DNA of 64,000 nt from Candidatus Bipolaricaulota bacterium (GTDB lineage Bacteria; Bipolaricaulota; Bipolaricaulia; UBA7950; UBA9294), in the NCBI GenBank assembly GCA_040752575.1, contig JBFMGK010000052.1, positions 17,858-81,857 of the forward strand, read 5' to 3'. How positions within the stretch are numbered: position 1 is the first letter of the stretch; every line of letters begins with the position of its first letter. The notes below the pieces were generated by a model. The model saw only the letters and a program-made list of their open reading frames with translations, was not told where the DNA came from and did no database searches. The position numbers were made by a program, and so were the translations under genes. Positions 17,059 to 27,441 of the stretch are shown in pieces.

Positions 17059-18840
17059 CTACGCCTCGTCGTCGAACCCGTCTTTGCCCAGAAGGTCCCG
17101 CATGCTGAGCGACTCGTGCCCCGCATCGTCAAGGAACCTGCGATCCACGCGGTCGCGCGGCTTCGCCTGACGTTCCTTCCCTCCCGCCGTGGGTCGACGC
17201 CGTTTCCCTCCTCGCCCGGCGCGATCGCGCTCGGTGTCCTCCGACGGCTCCACGGGAACGTCGGGCGGACCAAAGAGGTTGCGCATGCTCAGGCGAACCT
17301 GGTGTTTCTCCTCGTTGATGCCGATGATCTTGGCCTGCACCTTCGATCCGACGGCCAGCACATCCGCCGGAGTGGCGATTCTCTCGTTCGAGATCTCGGA
17401 CACGTGGATCAGGCCGTCGACGTCCTCGGTGATCCTCATGAACGCGCCGAAGTCCTTGAGCTCGGTGATCTCGCCCTCGATGACGTCGTCGATCGAGTAC
17501 TTGTCGACGAACCGCCGCCAGGGGTTGTCCTTCAGCTCGCGGATGGAGAGTGAGATGCGTCGCTCTCGCGGGTCAGCGCTCAAGACCTTGACCTGGACCT
17601 CGTCGCTCTCTTTCAGGACGTCGCGCGGATGGTTGACGTGTCCCCAGTCGATCTCCGAGACGTGCACAAGCCCCTCGACGCCCTCCTCGAGTTTGACGAA
17701 GGCGCCGAAGTCCGTGATCTTCGTGACCATGCCGGTGGCAACCTGTCCTCGGGCGTACTTGGTCTCGACGCTCTCCCACGGATCGCGTTGCGTGCGGCGC
17801 AGCGACAGGCTGATGCGGCGTGCCTCTTCGTCGCAGCTCAGGATGACGACCGGTACGCGGTCGCCCTCCTTGACGACGTCCTTGGGGTTCTCCGGGTGAC
17901 CCCACGAGAGCTCCGAGATATGGACGAGGCCCTCGACGTCCGGCTCCAGCTCGACGAAGGCGCCGAAGTCGGTGACGCTGACGACCGTCCCCTCAACCTG
18001 TGCGCCCGCGGCATAGCGGTCGCGGATCCCGGTCCACGGATTCGGCCGCAGCCGCTTGATCGACAGCGACACCTTGCCCTTCTCGCGGTCAAAGTCGATG
18101 ACCTTCACCTTGACCTTCGAGCCGACGCGATACTCTGACGGGGGAACGGGAAGGTCTTTCCACGCAATCTCCGACCGGTGAACGAGCCCCTCGAATCCGC
18201 CGATGTCGACGAACAGGCCGAAGTCGACGATGCTCCGGACCGTGCCTTCGATCTCCTGGTCCGGCTGCAGGGCGTCGAACAACGCCTTACGGCGCATTCG
18301 CTCGCGCTCTTTGACGAACTCCTTGTGCGACACCACGAGGTTCTTGTCGCGTCGGGAAAGTTCGAGGATCTTGAACTCGATCCGCTTCCCGCGCAGCTCG
18401 TCGATGGCACTCGGCAGGTCGCTGCCGAGGTGCGAGCCGGGGAGGAAGGCTCGGATTCCATCCAGGTTGACGTGGTATCCGGCGCCCTTCACCTCGCTCG
18501 TGATCTCGCCTTCGACGATGTGGCCTTCTTGATAGGCCGCCTCGAGTCCGTCGATGCGCTTCTCGTACTCGGCCTGCTTCTCCGATGCGTAGACAGTGCC
18601 CTTCTCTTCGTCGATGTACGTAACGAGCACCTCAATCTGCTCGCCCTCATCGATCTTCCCGCCTGGGCGGAACGGCGACAGCTCGGACACCGGGAGGATT
18701 CCCTCCGACTTGTAGCCGATGTCGACGAGGATTTCGCTGTCACCGACCTGGACGACCGTTCCGGAGATCGTGTCGCCGCGGCTGTAGGTCTTGACGTCGC
18801 TTTCCGAGAAAGCGTCCTCCATCTTGATTCGCTGTTCCAT
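17059..18840 (-). CDS. rpsA: 30S ribosomal protein S1
   Basis: Six S1 domains (DIGYKSEG, AFLPGS, DFGLFV, DFGAFV twice, DFGAFM) with GLVHxSE motifs. Confidence 0.96.
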   Translation of the reverse strand: MEQRIKMEDAFSESDVKTYSRGDTISGTVVQVGDSEILVDIGYKSEGILPVSELSPFRPGGKIDEGEQIEVLVTYIDEEKGTVYASEKQAEYEKRIDGLEAAYQEGHIVEGEITSEVKGAGYHVNLDGIRAFLPGSHLGSDLPSAIDELRGKRIEFKILELSRRDKNLVVSHKEFVKERERMRRKALFDALQPDQEIEGTVRSIVDFGLFVDIGGFEGLVHRSEIAWKDLPVPPSEYRVGSKVKVKVIDFDREKGKVSLSIKRLRPNPWTGIRDRYAAGAQVEGTVVSVTDFGAFVELEPDVEGLVHISELSWGHPENPKDVVKEGDRVPVVILSCDEEARRISLSLRRTQRDPWESVETKYARGQVATGMVTKITDFGAFVKLEEGVEGLVHVSEIDWGHVNHPRDVLKESDEVQVKVLSADPRERRISLSIRELKDNPWRRFVDKYSIDDVIEGEITELKDFGAFMRITEDVDGLIHVSEISNERIATPADVLAVGSKVQAKIIGINEEKHQVRLSMRNLFGPPDVPVEPSEDTERDRAGRGGKRRRPTAGGKERQAKPRDRVDRRFLDDAGHESLSMRDLLGKDGFDDEA

Positions 18841-18925
18841 GCTCCTCTGCCAGATCCGGACGTTAGTGTTCCCGGGCGAGCTTGCGCTTCCCGGCCCGTC
18901 TCCGACGCCACCTCCTCAAGTGCGG

Positions 18926-19558
18926 TTACGCCCGATCGACCCTCTCCATGAGGCGTTCACTCATCTCGCGATACCTCTCCGACCGGCGTGCCGTATCGCC
19001 ATCCTGCGTGTCCAACTCCTCGACACGCACCGGAGATCCGATGGAGACTCGCGTCCGCGGAAAGCGGAACGGGTACTTCGGCGGATACGGACCTTCGGCG
19101 TGGATGTTGACCGGGAGGATCCTCTTGTCGGCCGACGTCGCCAAGTATCGCGCGCCGGCCTTCGCGTCGCCGCGTCGCCGCGTCGTCCCCTCGGGAAACA
19201 CGCAGACCAACCGATGATCGCGCGCTGCAGCGATCATTTTGCGATAGTCCCCCACGCCGAAATCCTCGCGGTCGATCACCGTCGAGTAGGTACGGATCAG
19301 GGGCTGCAGGAACGGCAAACCGCGCAACAGCCCCTTTCGTGCCACGAAGTGGAGCTGATGCCGCGGGCCGAACGCCGCGATCATCATGAGGATATCCCAG
19401 TAACTCCGATGACGCGCCACGACGATGAAACCTTGATCGTGAGGCACAGACGCCCTTCCCTCGATTCGAAGGCGGAACAGCACCTTCAGGAGGAGAAAGG
19501 ACAACAGCGAAGAAACGGTATAGAACCCCGTCTTCAGCTCGCTTCGTAGCCGTGACAA
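18926..19558 (-). CDS. plsC: Lysophospholipid acyltransferase (PlsC family)
   Basis: HRSYWD (HxxxxD), FVARKGL, VFPEGTT; cmk-plsC-rpsA synteny; TTG start is an estimate. Confidence 0.85.
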   Translation of the reverse strand: MSRLRSELKTGFYTVSSLLSFLLLKVLFRLRIEGRASVPHDQGFIVVARHRSYWDILMMIAAFGPRHQLHFVARKGLLRGLPFLQPLIRTYSTVIDREDFGVGDYRKMIAAARDHRLVCVFPEGTTRRRGDAKAGARYLATSADKRILPVNIHAEGPYPPKYPFRFPRTRVSIGSPVRVEELDTQDGDTARRSERYREMSERLMERVDRA

Positions 19559-20169
19559 CGCTCTTCCAGACGCTCCTTGACGAGGTCTACCGCCTCGCGA
19601 ATGACCGCTTCGAGGGTCTTTCGATCGGTGTGGATTGTAATCGCGTCCCAAGCTGCGTTCAAGGGTGCGATGGCACGCGTGGAGTCCCGCTCATCGCGGA
19701 CTCGGAGCTCGACCAACGTCTCCTCGATGTCGTCCTCGCCGCGTTCGGCCGCGCGGCGCTCGGCGCGCGTCTCGGGGCTCGCCTGGAGAAAGAGCTTCAC
19801 CTCGGCATCCGGCAGGACGACCGTCCCAATGTCGCGTCCTTCCATGACGACGCCTTCGGACCGTGCGAGGGCGCGCTGTGCGGCAACCATCCTTTCCCTC
19901 ACATCTGCTCGCGTCGCGACTTGGGAAGACGCCTGATCCAAGGTCGGCGTGTGCAACGCATCGGTTACGTCCTCGCCGTTGAGCAGGATGCGTTCGTCCA
20001 CGGTGACCGTCACGTCGATCTCGCCGAGGCCTTTCCCGCGCGCGAGTCCAAGGGCGACGGCTCGGTACATGCGCCCCGTCTCCACAAACCGAAGCCCGAA
20101 GCGTCGCGCCAGCGCTCGTCCGACGGACGTCTTGCCCGACGCGGCGGGCCCATCAATGGCGATTCTCAT
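19534..20169 (-). CDS. cmk: Cytidylate kinase
   Basis: IAIDGPAASGKTS, TGRMYRA, VMEGRDIGTVVLPDA, RDERDSTR. Confidence 0.95.
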   Translation of the reverse strand: MRIAIDGPAASGKTSVGRALARRFGLRFVETGRMYRAVALGLARGKGLGEIDVTVTVDERILLNGEDVTDALHTPTLDQASSQVATRADVRERMVAAQRALARSEGVVMEGRDIGTVVLPDAEVKLFLQASPETRAERRAAERGEDDIEETLVELRVRDERDSTRAIAPLNAAWDAITIHTDRKTLEAVIREAVDLVKERLEERCHGYEAS

Positions 20170-21002
20170 CCCCCGTCTCCCCTCTCCCAACGCCCGCCCT
20201 CCGGGGTCGATTCCGCGATCCAGACCGCGGCAAACGGTGCTCGACGCAAGCGTTCTGCGGCCTTCTCGGCCCCGGCGCGAGAAGAGCACGCGGCGTAGAA
20301 GGCCGAACCGCTTCCGCTCATCCCGGCGTAGAGCTCGCCGGCCTCTTGCACGGCGGCCGCGACGCGCCTCAGCCCCGGGGCAACGTGCAGGGCGGCAGCC
20401 AAGAGGTCATTCTCCCCGAGAGCGAGTTCGCGTTCCTCTACCCCCGTCTGGATCCGATCGTACGCCGCATAGACCGCCGCCGTCTCGCAGCGCTCGTACG
20501 GCACGACGACGACGAAGGTCTCGCACCCGGAGGCGATCCGATCGAGTCGCTCTCCCCGTCCGCGAACCCGCAGCCGGCCCCCGGAGAGGAACAACGGGAC
20601 ATCGGACCCCAACTGCTCCGCGATCGCCGCGAGACGACGGGGACCGAGCGACGGCGGGATGCCGGCGTCGAGCACGCGCAGAACGATGGCGGCATTGGAG
20701 GAGCCGCCGCCAAGCCCCGTGCCGGGCGGTATCGTCTTGGCGATCCGAATCCCGATCCCGCGCTTCGCTCCCTTGGCCGCGAGGACCGAGATCGCGGCGC
20801 GCTCCGCAAGATCGGGCTCCGTGAAGGGCCCGGCGCTGTTTTGCACGGCGAGCTGATGTCCCGGGCCGAGTGTCAGCGTGATACGGTCTGCGACGTCGAT
20901 CGTCTGCACGATCGATTCGAGCTCGTGGAAGCCGTCGCTGCGGCGCCCGCGCACGCGAAGCGCAAGGTTCAGTTTGGCAAAGGCCAAGGCCTCGACTCTC
21001 AT
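20166..21002 (-). CDS. ispE: 4-diphosphocytidyl-2-C-methyl-D-erythritol kinase
   Basis: AKLNLAL, DGFHELES, IPPGTGLGGGSSNAA, LGSDVPLFL, MSGSGSA. Confidence 0.93.
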   Translation of the reverse strand: MRVEALAFAKLNLALRVRGRRSDGFHELESIVQTIDVADRITLTLGPGHQLAVQNSAGPFTEPDLAERAAISVLAAKGAKRGIGIRIAKTIPPGTGLGGGSSNAAIVLRVLDAGIPPSLGPRRLAAIAEQLGSDVPLFLSGGRLRVRGRGERLDRIASGCETFVVVVPYERCETAAVYAAYDRIQTGVEERELALGENDLLAAALHVAPGLRRVAAAVQEAGELYAGMSGSGSAFYAACSSRAGAEKAAERLRRAPFAAVWIAESTPEGGRWERGDGG

Positions 21003-22126
21003 CGGGCAGCTACCTCGCGGCCTGCGCGCAGGACATGCGAGACCGGCATGCCGACGGCAAAGCGGGGAATGTCCCGGTAGTCATCGAGATCGAGGATCAC
21101 CAGATCGGCGGACTTGCCCACCTCCACGGTCCCTGCGACGTGCGCTCTGTGCGTCGCGGCGGCTCCATTCAGGGTCACCGCGCACAGCGCCTCGTTCAGG
21201 CTCATTCCCATGCGTTTGACCGCGGCGGCAACGCCTGTCCAGAGTGAGGCGACTCCTCCCATGATCAGGTCAGCGTACGACGCGAGGGCCACCGGAACGC
21301 CTGCGTCAAGAAGCGGCCGCGCGCTCGGCCACGCCTCATCGAAGATCAGGGGTCTTCCCGGCTCCAAGACGGCGATGACGCCCGCGTCGCGCAACGCCCG
21401 AGCCTCGTCGTGAGACACGTGCCGGACGCGGTCGATGGCGGTCAGTTCGACAACCCCCGCCACGCCGACAGCTTCCGCGACGGAGCCGCACGACTCGATG
21501 CGGAGCTCCAAGCCGGCTCCCCGCGCGGCACGCAGCGCGACCAGCGCTTCCTTGCGGGTATAGCCTGCCGCACCGCAGGCGACAGCAAACGTCGCGACTC
21601 GCCGTGCCCGCCGAATCGCAGGGATGGTCTGCCCGACGAGGGAGGTGACCCTGTCCTCGTGCCCGGGGGATGGCGTTTCGCTGGGCGCCGAGAACGCGGA
21701 TACGCTGACGTTGAGCAGATCTGCGTGGCCAAGCTCGCTGGCGAGGGCGAGGCCTTCCTCGAGCCCCGGACTGCCGTCGCGGTGCGACATCCGAAGATCG
21801 ACCGCGGTCGTACCGAGTGCGGCGACCGATCCGAGAGCCGCCAGGGCGCGCCGGCGCACGGCGCTGTCGGTGGCTCCGCGGATCCTATCGAACGTCAGGC
21901 ACGCATCGACGAGCCCCGGAAGCACAATACCCCCTTGGGCATCGACTTCCCGATCGGCCCTTGCGCCTGAACCCGCGGGTAGAATGGCGCCTACCCGGTC
22001 GCCCTCAAGAAGGATCTCCACGTCCTTGTGAATGGCAAGTCGCTCGGCACCTCCTCCGGGAACGGCGCCATTCCCCGTTGGCGTAACAAGTTGGCCGATG
22101 TGGTGAACGAGCGTCGTCGCGGGCAT
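20999..22126 (-). CDS. Imidazolonepropionase (HutI)-like amidohydrolase lacking the metal ligands
   Basis: HutI scaffold (HIGQLVT, DAQGGIVLPGLVD, GTTAVD, EALCAVTLNGAAA, GTVEVGKSADLVI) but DACLT in place of DxHxH. Confidence 0.75.
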   Translation of the reverse strand: MPATTLVHHIGQLVTPTGNGAVPGGGAERLAIHKDVEILLEGDRVGAILPAGSGARADREVDAQGGIVLPGLVDACLTFDRIRGATDSAVRRRALAALGSVAALGTTAVDLRMSHRDGSPGLEEGLALASELGHADLLNVSVSAFSAPSETPSPGHEDRVTSLVGQTIPAIRRARRVATFAVACGAAGYTRKEALVALRAARGAGLELRIESCGSVAEAVGVAGVVELTAIDRVRHVSHDEARALRDAGVIAVLEPGRPLIFDEAWPSARPLLDAGVPVALASYADLIMGGVASLWTGVAAAVKRMGMSLNEALCAVTLNGAAATHRAHVAGTVEVGKSADLVILDLDDYRDIPRFAVGMPVSHVLRAGREVAAR

Positions 22127-22213
22127 CGCGGCAGTATAAGCGGCGGATCTGTGCTTTACAACGCGATTCCCGCTCCGTATACTCCACCCCAACGGGCGGC
22201 GAGAGGAGGACCG

Positions 22214-23104
22214 ATGCCGGGGTTCCGGGCGGGATTCATCGGAATCGTCGGACAGACGAACGTCGGGAAATCTACGTTTCTCAACGCCGTGATGGGAGAG
22301 AAGCTCCTGATCTCATCGCCGAGACCGCAGTCGACGCGCGTCGCCGTCCGTTGCATTCTGACGCGCGAGGATGCCCAGCTCGTGTTCGTCGACACCCCCG
22401 GCCTTCATCATCCGCGGAATCGACTCGGCCAATCGCTCCAACGCGAGGCTCGGCGGAGCGTGCGCGAGCTGGACGTCATCGCGTACATGACTGTGGCACA
22501 CGGAAAGGTGGCCCCGTTCGACCGCGAGCAACTCGAGCGCCTCTCGGAACTGGACAAGCCCCTCGTCCTCCTCGTGAACAAGATCGACCGGGCTAAGGGT
22601 AACGAGCTCGAGGAGACGTTGTTGGCCTACGCGGCGTTCGAAGCTCTACGGGACCTCGTCCCCGTCTCGGCCACGCGGCGACTCGGTCTGAGAGAGGCGG
22701 TCGAAACGCTCATCCTGCATCTCCCCGAGCGCCCGCTCGTCTTCCCCGCGGAGGTCCGCTGCGACCGCCCGGAGACGTTTCTCGTCGAGGAGACCATTCG
22801 CGAGAAGGCGATCGAAGCCACGTACGACGAGCTTCCGTACGCGTTGGCGGTTCGTGTCCAGTGGATGCGCGAGCGCGAGGACGGGCTCATGGAGATCCGA
22901 GCCGAAATCCTCGTCAACCGCGAGTCGCAGAAGGCGATTATCATCGGCAGGAAAGCCGAAGGCGTGCGCCGCGTTGGGATGAGAGCGCGCGCGGACCTCG
23001 AGAGGCTCCTCGGGCGTCGGGTCTTTCTGGATCTCCACGTTAGCGCCCGCCCGGGTTGGACCGCGAGTGAGCGGGACATTCGGGAACTCACGGGGGCACA
23101 GTGA
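22214..23104 (+). CDS. era: GTPase Era
   Basis: GQTNVGKST, DTPGLH, NKID, KH domain SQKAIIIGRK, VFLDLHV. Confidence 0.95.
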   Translation: MPGFRAGFIGIVGQTNVGKSTFLNAVMGEKLLISSPRPQSTRVAVRCILTREDAQLVFVDTPGLHHPRNRLGQSLQREARRSVRELDVIAYMTVAHGKVAPFDREQLERLSELDKPLVLLVNKIDRAKGNELEETLLAYAAFEALRDLVPVSATRRLGLREAVETLILHLPERPLVFPAEVRCDRPETFLVEETIREKAIEATYDELPYALAVRVQWMREREDGLMEIRAEILVNRESQKAIIIGRKAEGVRRVGMRARADLERLLGRRVFLDLHVSARPGWTASERDIRELTGAQ

Positions 23105-25527
23105 ACGCTGGCGAGGTCCGGGAGCGCGCAGGCCGAAACCCCTCTGACGATGCCGTGCGCGCGCTGCGGATGATGGCGGGCATCCCGATCGGGGTGTTCG
23201 AGATCGAGAACGGGAAGATCACCTATGCCAACGACTACCTTCTTTCTCGCTCAGGCTATTCGATCGAGGAGATCCGCGCCCTAGATCCCGCAGAGCTGTT
23301 TGTCCCCGTCGACCGAGATCGCGTTCGTCAGGCGCTGTCCGAGCGCGCCCGCGGCGTCCCCGGCCAGCCGACGACGTACCGCCTCGCGGCCAAGGATGGG
23401 ACCGAGTGCGTCGTCGAGATCGTGTCGCATCCGATTGGAGATGGGGGACGCGTCGAGGGAACGGCTCGCGACATCACGTCGGAAGCACGACTCACAGAGC
23501 TTCACCGCGCGGTCCTTGAACTCGGGGCCGTCATCCTCGGCGAACAGGATGTCGACCACATTCTGCAACTCGTGCTGGACACGATCACCGAGTACAGCGG
23601 CTTCCGTCGCGCGGTGCTCACGCTCTACGACCTCTCCGTGCCGGTGCCTCTCGACGGAGAGGCGAAAAAGATCCTCTCGTCCGGCCTAACCCTCGAAGAG
23701 CGGGCGGCGCTGCAGGGCCAGACCCCCATGCCTCCACAAGATCGGCGACGAGCATTCGACGACGCTTTTCGGATGGGATCCGCGTACTACATCCCGCACG
23801 ACCGTGCGCCTTGGGGACCCGAGCACGGTTTGTCCGGGACCCTCGCAGTGGACGGTTGGCACGTCGACGACTACCTGTTCATCCCGCTTCGCGGCTCTGC
23901 AGGGATTATCGGCCTGATCTCCGTCGACGACCCCGTCGACGCGAGCGCGCCGACGGCACTCTCCATTGAGCCCGTCGCTTCGCTCGCCAACTTCGCGGCT
24001 CTTGCCGTCGAACGGGTCCATAAGTTGAATCAACTTCGGACTCAGAAAGACATCCTGCGCGGGCTCTCGCGGCTGGGCGAAGAGATCTCGCAGATCCAGG
24101 ATCGAGGCGAGCTCTGTGCGGCAGCGGCCCGTCGCGTCTGCGACGACTTGGGGCACGACTATTGCGGCGTCTGGCTCCGCGATCGCGACGAGATTGTGCT
24201 CGAGGGTTGGGGTGCGAAAGGGACGTTCACGCGCTCGGAGATCCCGTCCCGCGGCACCCGACGGCCGCTCGAGGGTGGAGGGCTCACGCGGTGGGCCATG
24301 CGCTACGTCGAGCCCGTCCTCGTCGATGATGTGGCGGCCGATCCGCGCCATCGCGGGACGCGGCCCTCGGTTCGGTCTCTGGCTGCCGTTCCCATTCTCG
24401 GCCGCAAAGGGGTTCGCGGCGCTCTGGACATCGAGTCCGAGAAGCTGGCCGCCTTCGGCGAACTCGACCTGGAGGTCTTTGCGTCGCTCGCAAGCCAATT
24501 GTCGATTGCGCTGTCCTCGCTCGACCGACGGGAAACCTTGTCGCGCGTTACAGCCCTCGGCCAGCGCATCGCGACCTCGACCGAAGTGAACGAGGTGCTG
24601 GCCAGCGCGCTCGACTACCTCGCGGAGCACTTCCACTACGAGTTGGCCACCGTCTTCCTGCCGGGTGATGGCGATCGACTTGAGATTCGCGGCATTCGAG
24701 GACCGTATCCCGAGTTCGGCAAGGGTCCGGGATGGGTCTTGCCCTCGGGGCGGGGGATCGTGTCGTGGGTGGCACGCAACCGCCGCTTCGCTTTGGTCAA
24801 CGACGTTAAGGCCGATCCACGCTACCTTGAGGCGCTTCCAGAGACCCGATCGGAGCTCGCGGTTCCCCTGCTCTTCGCCGACATGCTGGTGGGCGTTCTC
24901 AACGTGGAGAGCCCCGCGCCGAGCTTCTTCGACGATGAGGATCGCGTGGTGCTCGAGATGGTGGCGAACTACGTCGCGACGGCGCTCTCGAACCTCGCTT
25001 CCCAGCAAACGCTGCGCGCTCAGGCATTGCGGGATCCTCTCACAGGGCTGTTCAACCGCCATCACTTCAACTCGATCGTCGGGCCGGAGATGTCGCGCAG
25101 CGATCGTCATGCCCGACCCTGCACGATCATGATGGTCGACGTCGATGGCTTCCGCGCCGTCAACAACCGGTTCGGCCACCTGAAGGGCGACGAGGTCCTG
25201 CAGGAGGTGGCACGCATTCTGCTCGGGCAGACCCGCGCATCGGATCATGTCATCCGCTACGGCGGCGACGAGTTCGTCATCCTGATGCCCGAGACCGAAG
25301 AGAAGGAGGCGTCGCTTGTTGCCGACCGCCTTCGGCAGCACATGCCGCTCGTACCGCGCCGGACGGGCGTGTCGGAGATCGCGATGGGGCTCAGCATCGG
25401 GATCTATACTCGCAGGCCCCGCGAGTCCTCCTCTTTGGAGTCGATGCTCGAGGAAGTCGACCGGCGCCTCTACGCCGACAAGCGAGCGCGCAACGTCGAG
25501 CGGGCGGATGACTACAAGCATGGATAG
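23101..25527 (+). CDS. PAS-GAF-GAF-GAF diguanylate cyclase
   Basis: DPLTGLFNR, VNNRFGHLKGDEVL, RASD I-site and RYGGDEF active site; GAF motifs RSLAAVPI and RSELAVPL; no TM segments. Confidence 0.92.
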   Translation: MNAGEVRERAGRNPSDDAVRALRMMAGIPIGVFEIENGKITYANDYLLSRSGYSIEEIRALDPAELFVPVDRDRVRQALSERARGVPGQPTTYRLAAKDGTECVVEIVSHPIGDGGRVEGTARDITSEARLTELHRAVLELGAVILGEQDVDHILQLVLDTITEYSGFRRAVLTLYDLSVPVPLDGEAKKILSSGLTLEERAALQGQTPMPPQDRRRAFDDAFRMGSAYYIPHDRAPWGPEHGLSGTLAVDGWHVDDYLFIPLRGSAGIIGLISVDDPVDASAPTALSIEPVASLANFAALAVERVHKLNQLRTQKDILRGLSRLGEEISQIQDRGELCAAAARRVCDDLGHDYCGVWLRDRDEIVLEGWGAKGTFTRSEIPSRGTRRPLEGGGLTRWAMRYVEPVLVDDVAADPRHRGTRPSVRSLAAVPILGRKGVRGALDIESEKLAAFGELDLEVFASLASQLSIALSSLDRRETLSRVTALGQRIATSTEVNEVLASALDYLAEHFHYELATVFLPGDGDRLEIRGIRGPYPEFGKGPGWVLPSGRGIVSWVARNRRFALVNDVKADPRYLEALPETRSELAVPLLFADMLVGVLNVESPAPSFFDDEDRVVLEMVANYVATALSNLASQQTLRAQALRDPLTGLFNRHHFNSIVGPEMSRSDRHARPCTIMMVDVDGFRAVNNRFGHLKGDEVLQEVARILLGQTRASDHVIRYGGDEFVILMPETEEKEASLVADRLRQHMPLVPRRTGVSEIAMGLSIGIYTRRPRESSSLESMLEEVDRRLYADKRARNVERADDYKHG

Positions 25528-26383
25528 GCTGTCCACGCCGGGCGATCTCGCGGACTGCGAGGCGTTGCAGTGCGCGGTCTTCGGTGCACGCTCGCCGGCG
25601 GTCTTGCGAAGGCCGGCGCTTCACGTCGTCGCGGAGAGTGGCGGCCTCCTCCTCGGCGTGCGCGAGGCTCGCGGCCTGCCGTTGCTGGGTTGTCTGGTCG
25701 ACTTCCCCTCCTCCTTCGGAGGGTTCGCGGCGCTTGTCTCGTACGCGCGGCTTGTCGCCCCGGAGGCCCGAGGACGCGGGTTCGGACTCGCTCTGCACGT
25801 CGCCGAGTGGGAGGAGGCTCGTTCTCTGAGCGCAGCCGTGATTCGCGGCTGGGTTGACCCCCTGTCCAGCGTCGAAAGCCACCTGCTATTCGGCCGCATG
25901 GGCGCCGTGGGAACCGACTACGGGCGCGACATCTTCGGCGACGTCAGCGACCTCGGGCAGCGCGGCCTGGCGACGGACCGGGTTGCCTACGAGTGGTGGA
26001 CCGAGTCGCCGCGCTCCTTGGCGGCGATGCAAAGCGCCTCGGCGTCGCACCCCGCGGTCGGATTGCACGAGATGGCCGTCGCCACCAGGACGAAGCCCGC
26101 CACCGGCGGGCACCGCGTCCTGCTCCATCACGATCTCGCCGGAACGCCGACCCACGTCCTCGTGGAGATCCCGGCGAGTCTCGAGGGCATCCAGTCTGCT
26201 GACCCCGGGGCCGCGCGGGATTGGCGCCTCGGAACCCGGGAGTTGTTCGAAGGGTTGTTCAAGACCGGGTATCTTCTCGTCGGCCTTGTCCACGAAGCCG
26301 GGCGCAGCTTCCAGTGGTTCGAGCGCGTCGGCCGTGGCGAGATCCTGGGGCGGGATCCGCGTAGCCATAGGAGGACGACATGA
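25520..26383 (+). CDS. Divergent GNAT-family acyltransferase-like protein
   Basis: PEARGRGFG acetyl-CoA motif, DPL, GLATDRVAYEW, VLVEIP, ARDWR. Confidence 0.7.
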   Translation: MDRLSTPGDLADCEALQCAVFGARSPAVLRRPALHVVAESGGLLLGVREARGLPLLGCLVDFPSSFGGFAALVSYARLVAPEARGRGFGLALHVAEWEEARSLSAAVIRGWVDPLSSVESHLLFGRMGAVGTDYGRDIFGDVSDLGQRGLATDRVAYEWWTESPRSLAAMQSASASHPAVGLHEMAVATRTKPATGGHRVLLHHDLAGTPTHVLVEIPASLEGIQSADPGAARDWRLGTRELFEGLFKTGYLLVGLVHEAGRSFQWFERVGRGEILGRDPRSHRRTT

Positions 26384-27066
26384 AGCGAGAGGATCTTGCC
26401 GCCGCGATCGACCACACGCTTCTTGGTCCCGCGGCGACGAGCGAAGCCGTGGATCGGTTGTGCGACGAAGCCGTGCGCCTCGGCGCCGCGTCGGTGTGCG
26501 TGAACCCTCGGCACGCCGTCCGTGCTCGCGAACGGATCGCCGGAACCTCTGTCCGGCTATGCGTCGTCATCGGCTTTCCGCACGGGATGACGACCCCTGC
26601 CGTCAAAGCGTTCGAAGCCCGCGAGGCCATCGCAGCCGGGGCAGAGGAACTGGACATGGTTCTGGCGGTTGGGGCCCTCAAGGACGGCGATGACGAGGGC
26701 GTAAGGGCCGACATCGCCGCCGTGTGCGATGTCGCCCATGCCGCCCGGCCGAGGGCGACCGTCAAGGTGATCCTGGAGACCTGCTTACTGAGCGATGACG
26801 AGAAGCGCCGCGCGGCTGTTCTCGCCGAACACGCAGGGGCCGACTTCGTGAAGACCTCCACGGGTTTCGCCGCGGGCGGGGCTACCGTGGAGGACGTACG
26901 GCTGCTGCGCGCTTCGGTGACCCCGGGCGTCTCCGTTAAGGCGGCGGGAGGCATCCGAGACACCGCCACGGCCCTCGCGATGCTCGATGCAGGCGCATCG
27001 CGAATCGGCGCAAGCCGAACGGCGGACATTCTCGCCGGGCTCGACGCCGGATCCGCAAGGAGGTAG
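26380..27066 (+). CDS. deoC: Deoxyribose-phosphate aldolase
   Basis: IDHTLL, VIGFPHG, ELDMV, KVILET, FVKTSTGF, VKAAGGIR, RIGAS. Confidence 0.96.
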   Translation: MKREDLAAAIDHTLLGPAATSEAVDRLCDEAVRLGAASVCVNPRHAVRARERIAGTSVRLCVVIGFPHGMTTPAVKAFEAREAIAAGAEELDMVLAVGALKDGDDEGVRADIAAVCDVAHAARPRATVKVILETCLLSDDEKRRAAVLAEHAGADFVKTSTGFAAGGATVEDVRLLRASVTPGVSVKAAGGIRDTATALAMLDAGASRIGASRTADILAGLDAGSARR

Positions 27067-27069
27067 GAC

Positions 27070-27441
27070 GTGCTCCGTTGCGAGCTGCGATCGCCTGACC
27101 GCTTGCTGTTCGACGGCGAGGCCCGCGAGGTCTCGGCGCGCAGCGGACGCGGCCCGTTCACGATTCTCCCGCAGCACGCCGCGTTGGTCGTTGCCCTCGA
27201 GCCGGGACTCGTGCGCATCGGAACGCCGGACGGCGTCAGGCGATTCGCCTGCATCGGCGGAACGCTCGTCGTGGACGAGGACCGCGTACAGATCTCGAGC
27301 CCCGAAGCGGTTCCCGTCGAAGAAATCGATCTCCAGGCGGTTCGCGCACAGGCGTCCGACGCATCCGGCCCCCCGGAAGAGCGCCAGCGCATCGCCGTGC
27401 GTCTTGCCGCGCTCGAACGGGCGGTGGAGGGTCGTGTCTAG
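27070..27441 (+). CDS. atpC: F-type ATP synthase epsilon subunit-like protein (orphan)
   Basis: ELRSPDRLLFDGE, GPFTILPQHAALVVALEPG, FACIGG, AVPVEEIDL. Confidence 0.8.
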   Translation: MLRCELRSPDRLLFDGEAREVSARSGRGPFTILPQHAALVVALEPGLVRIGTPDGVRRFACIGGTLVVDEDRVQISSPEAVPVEEIDLQAVRAQASDASGPPEERQRIAVRLAALERAVEGRV

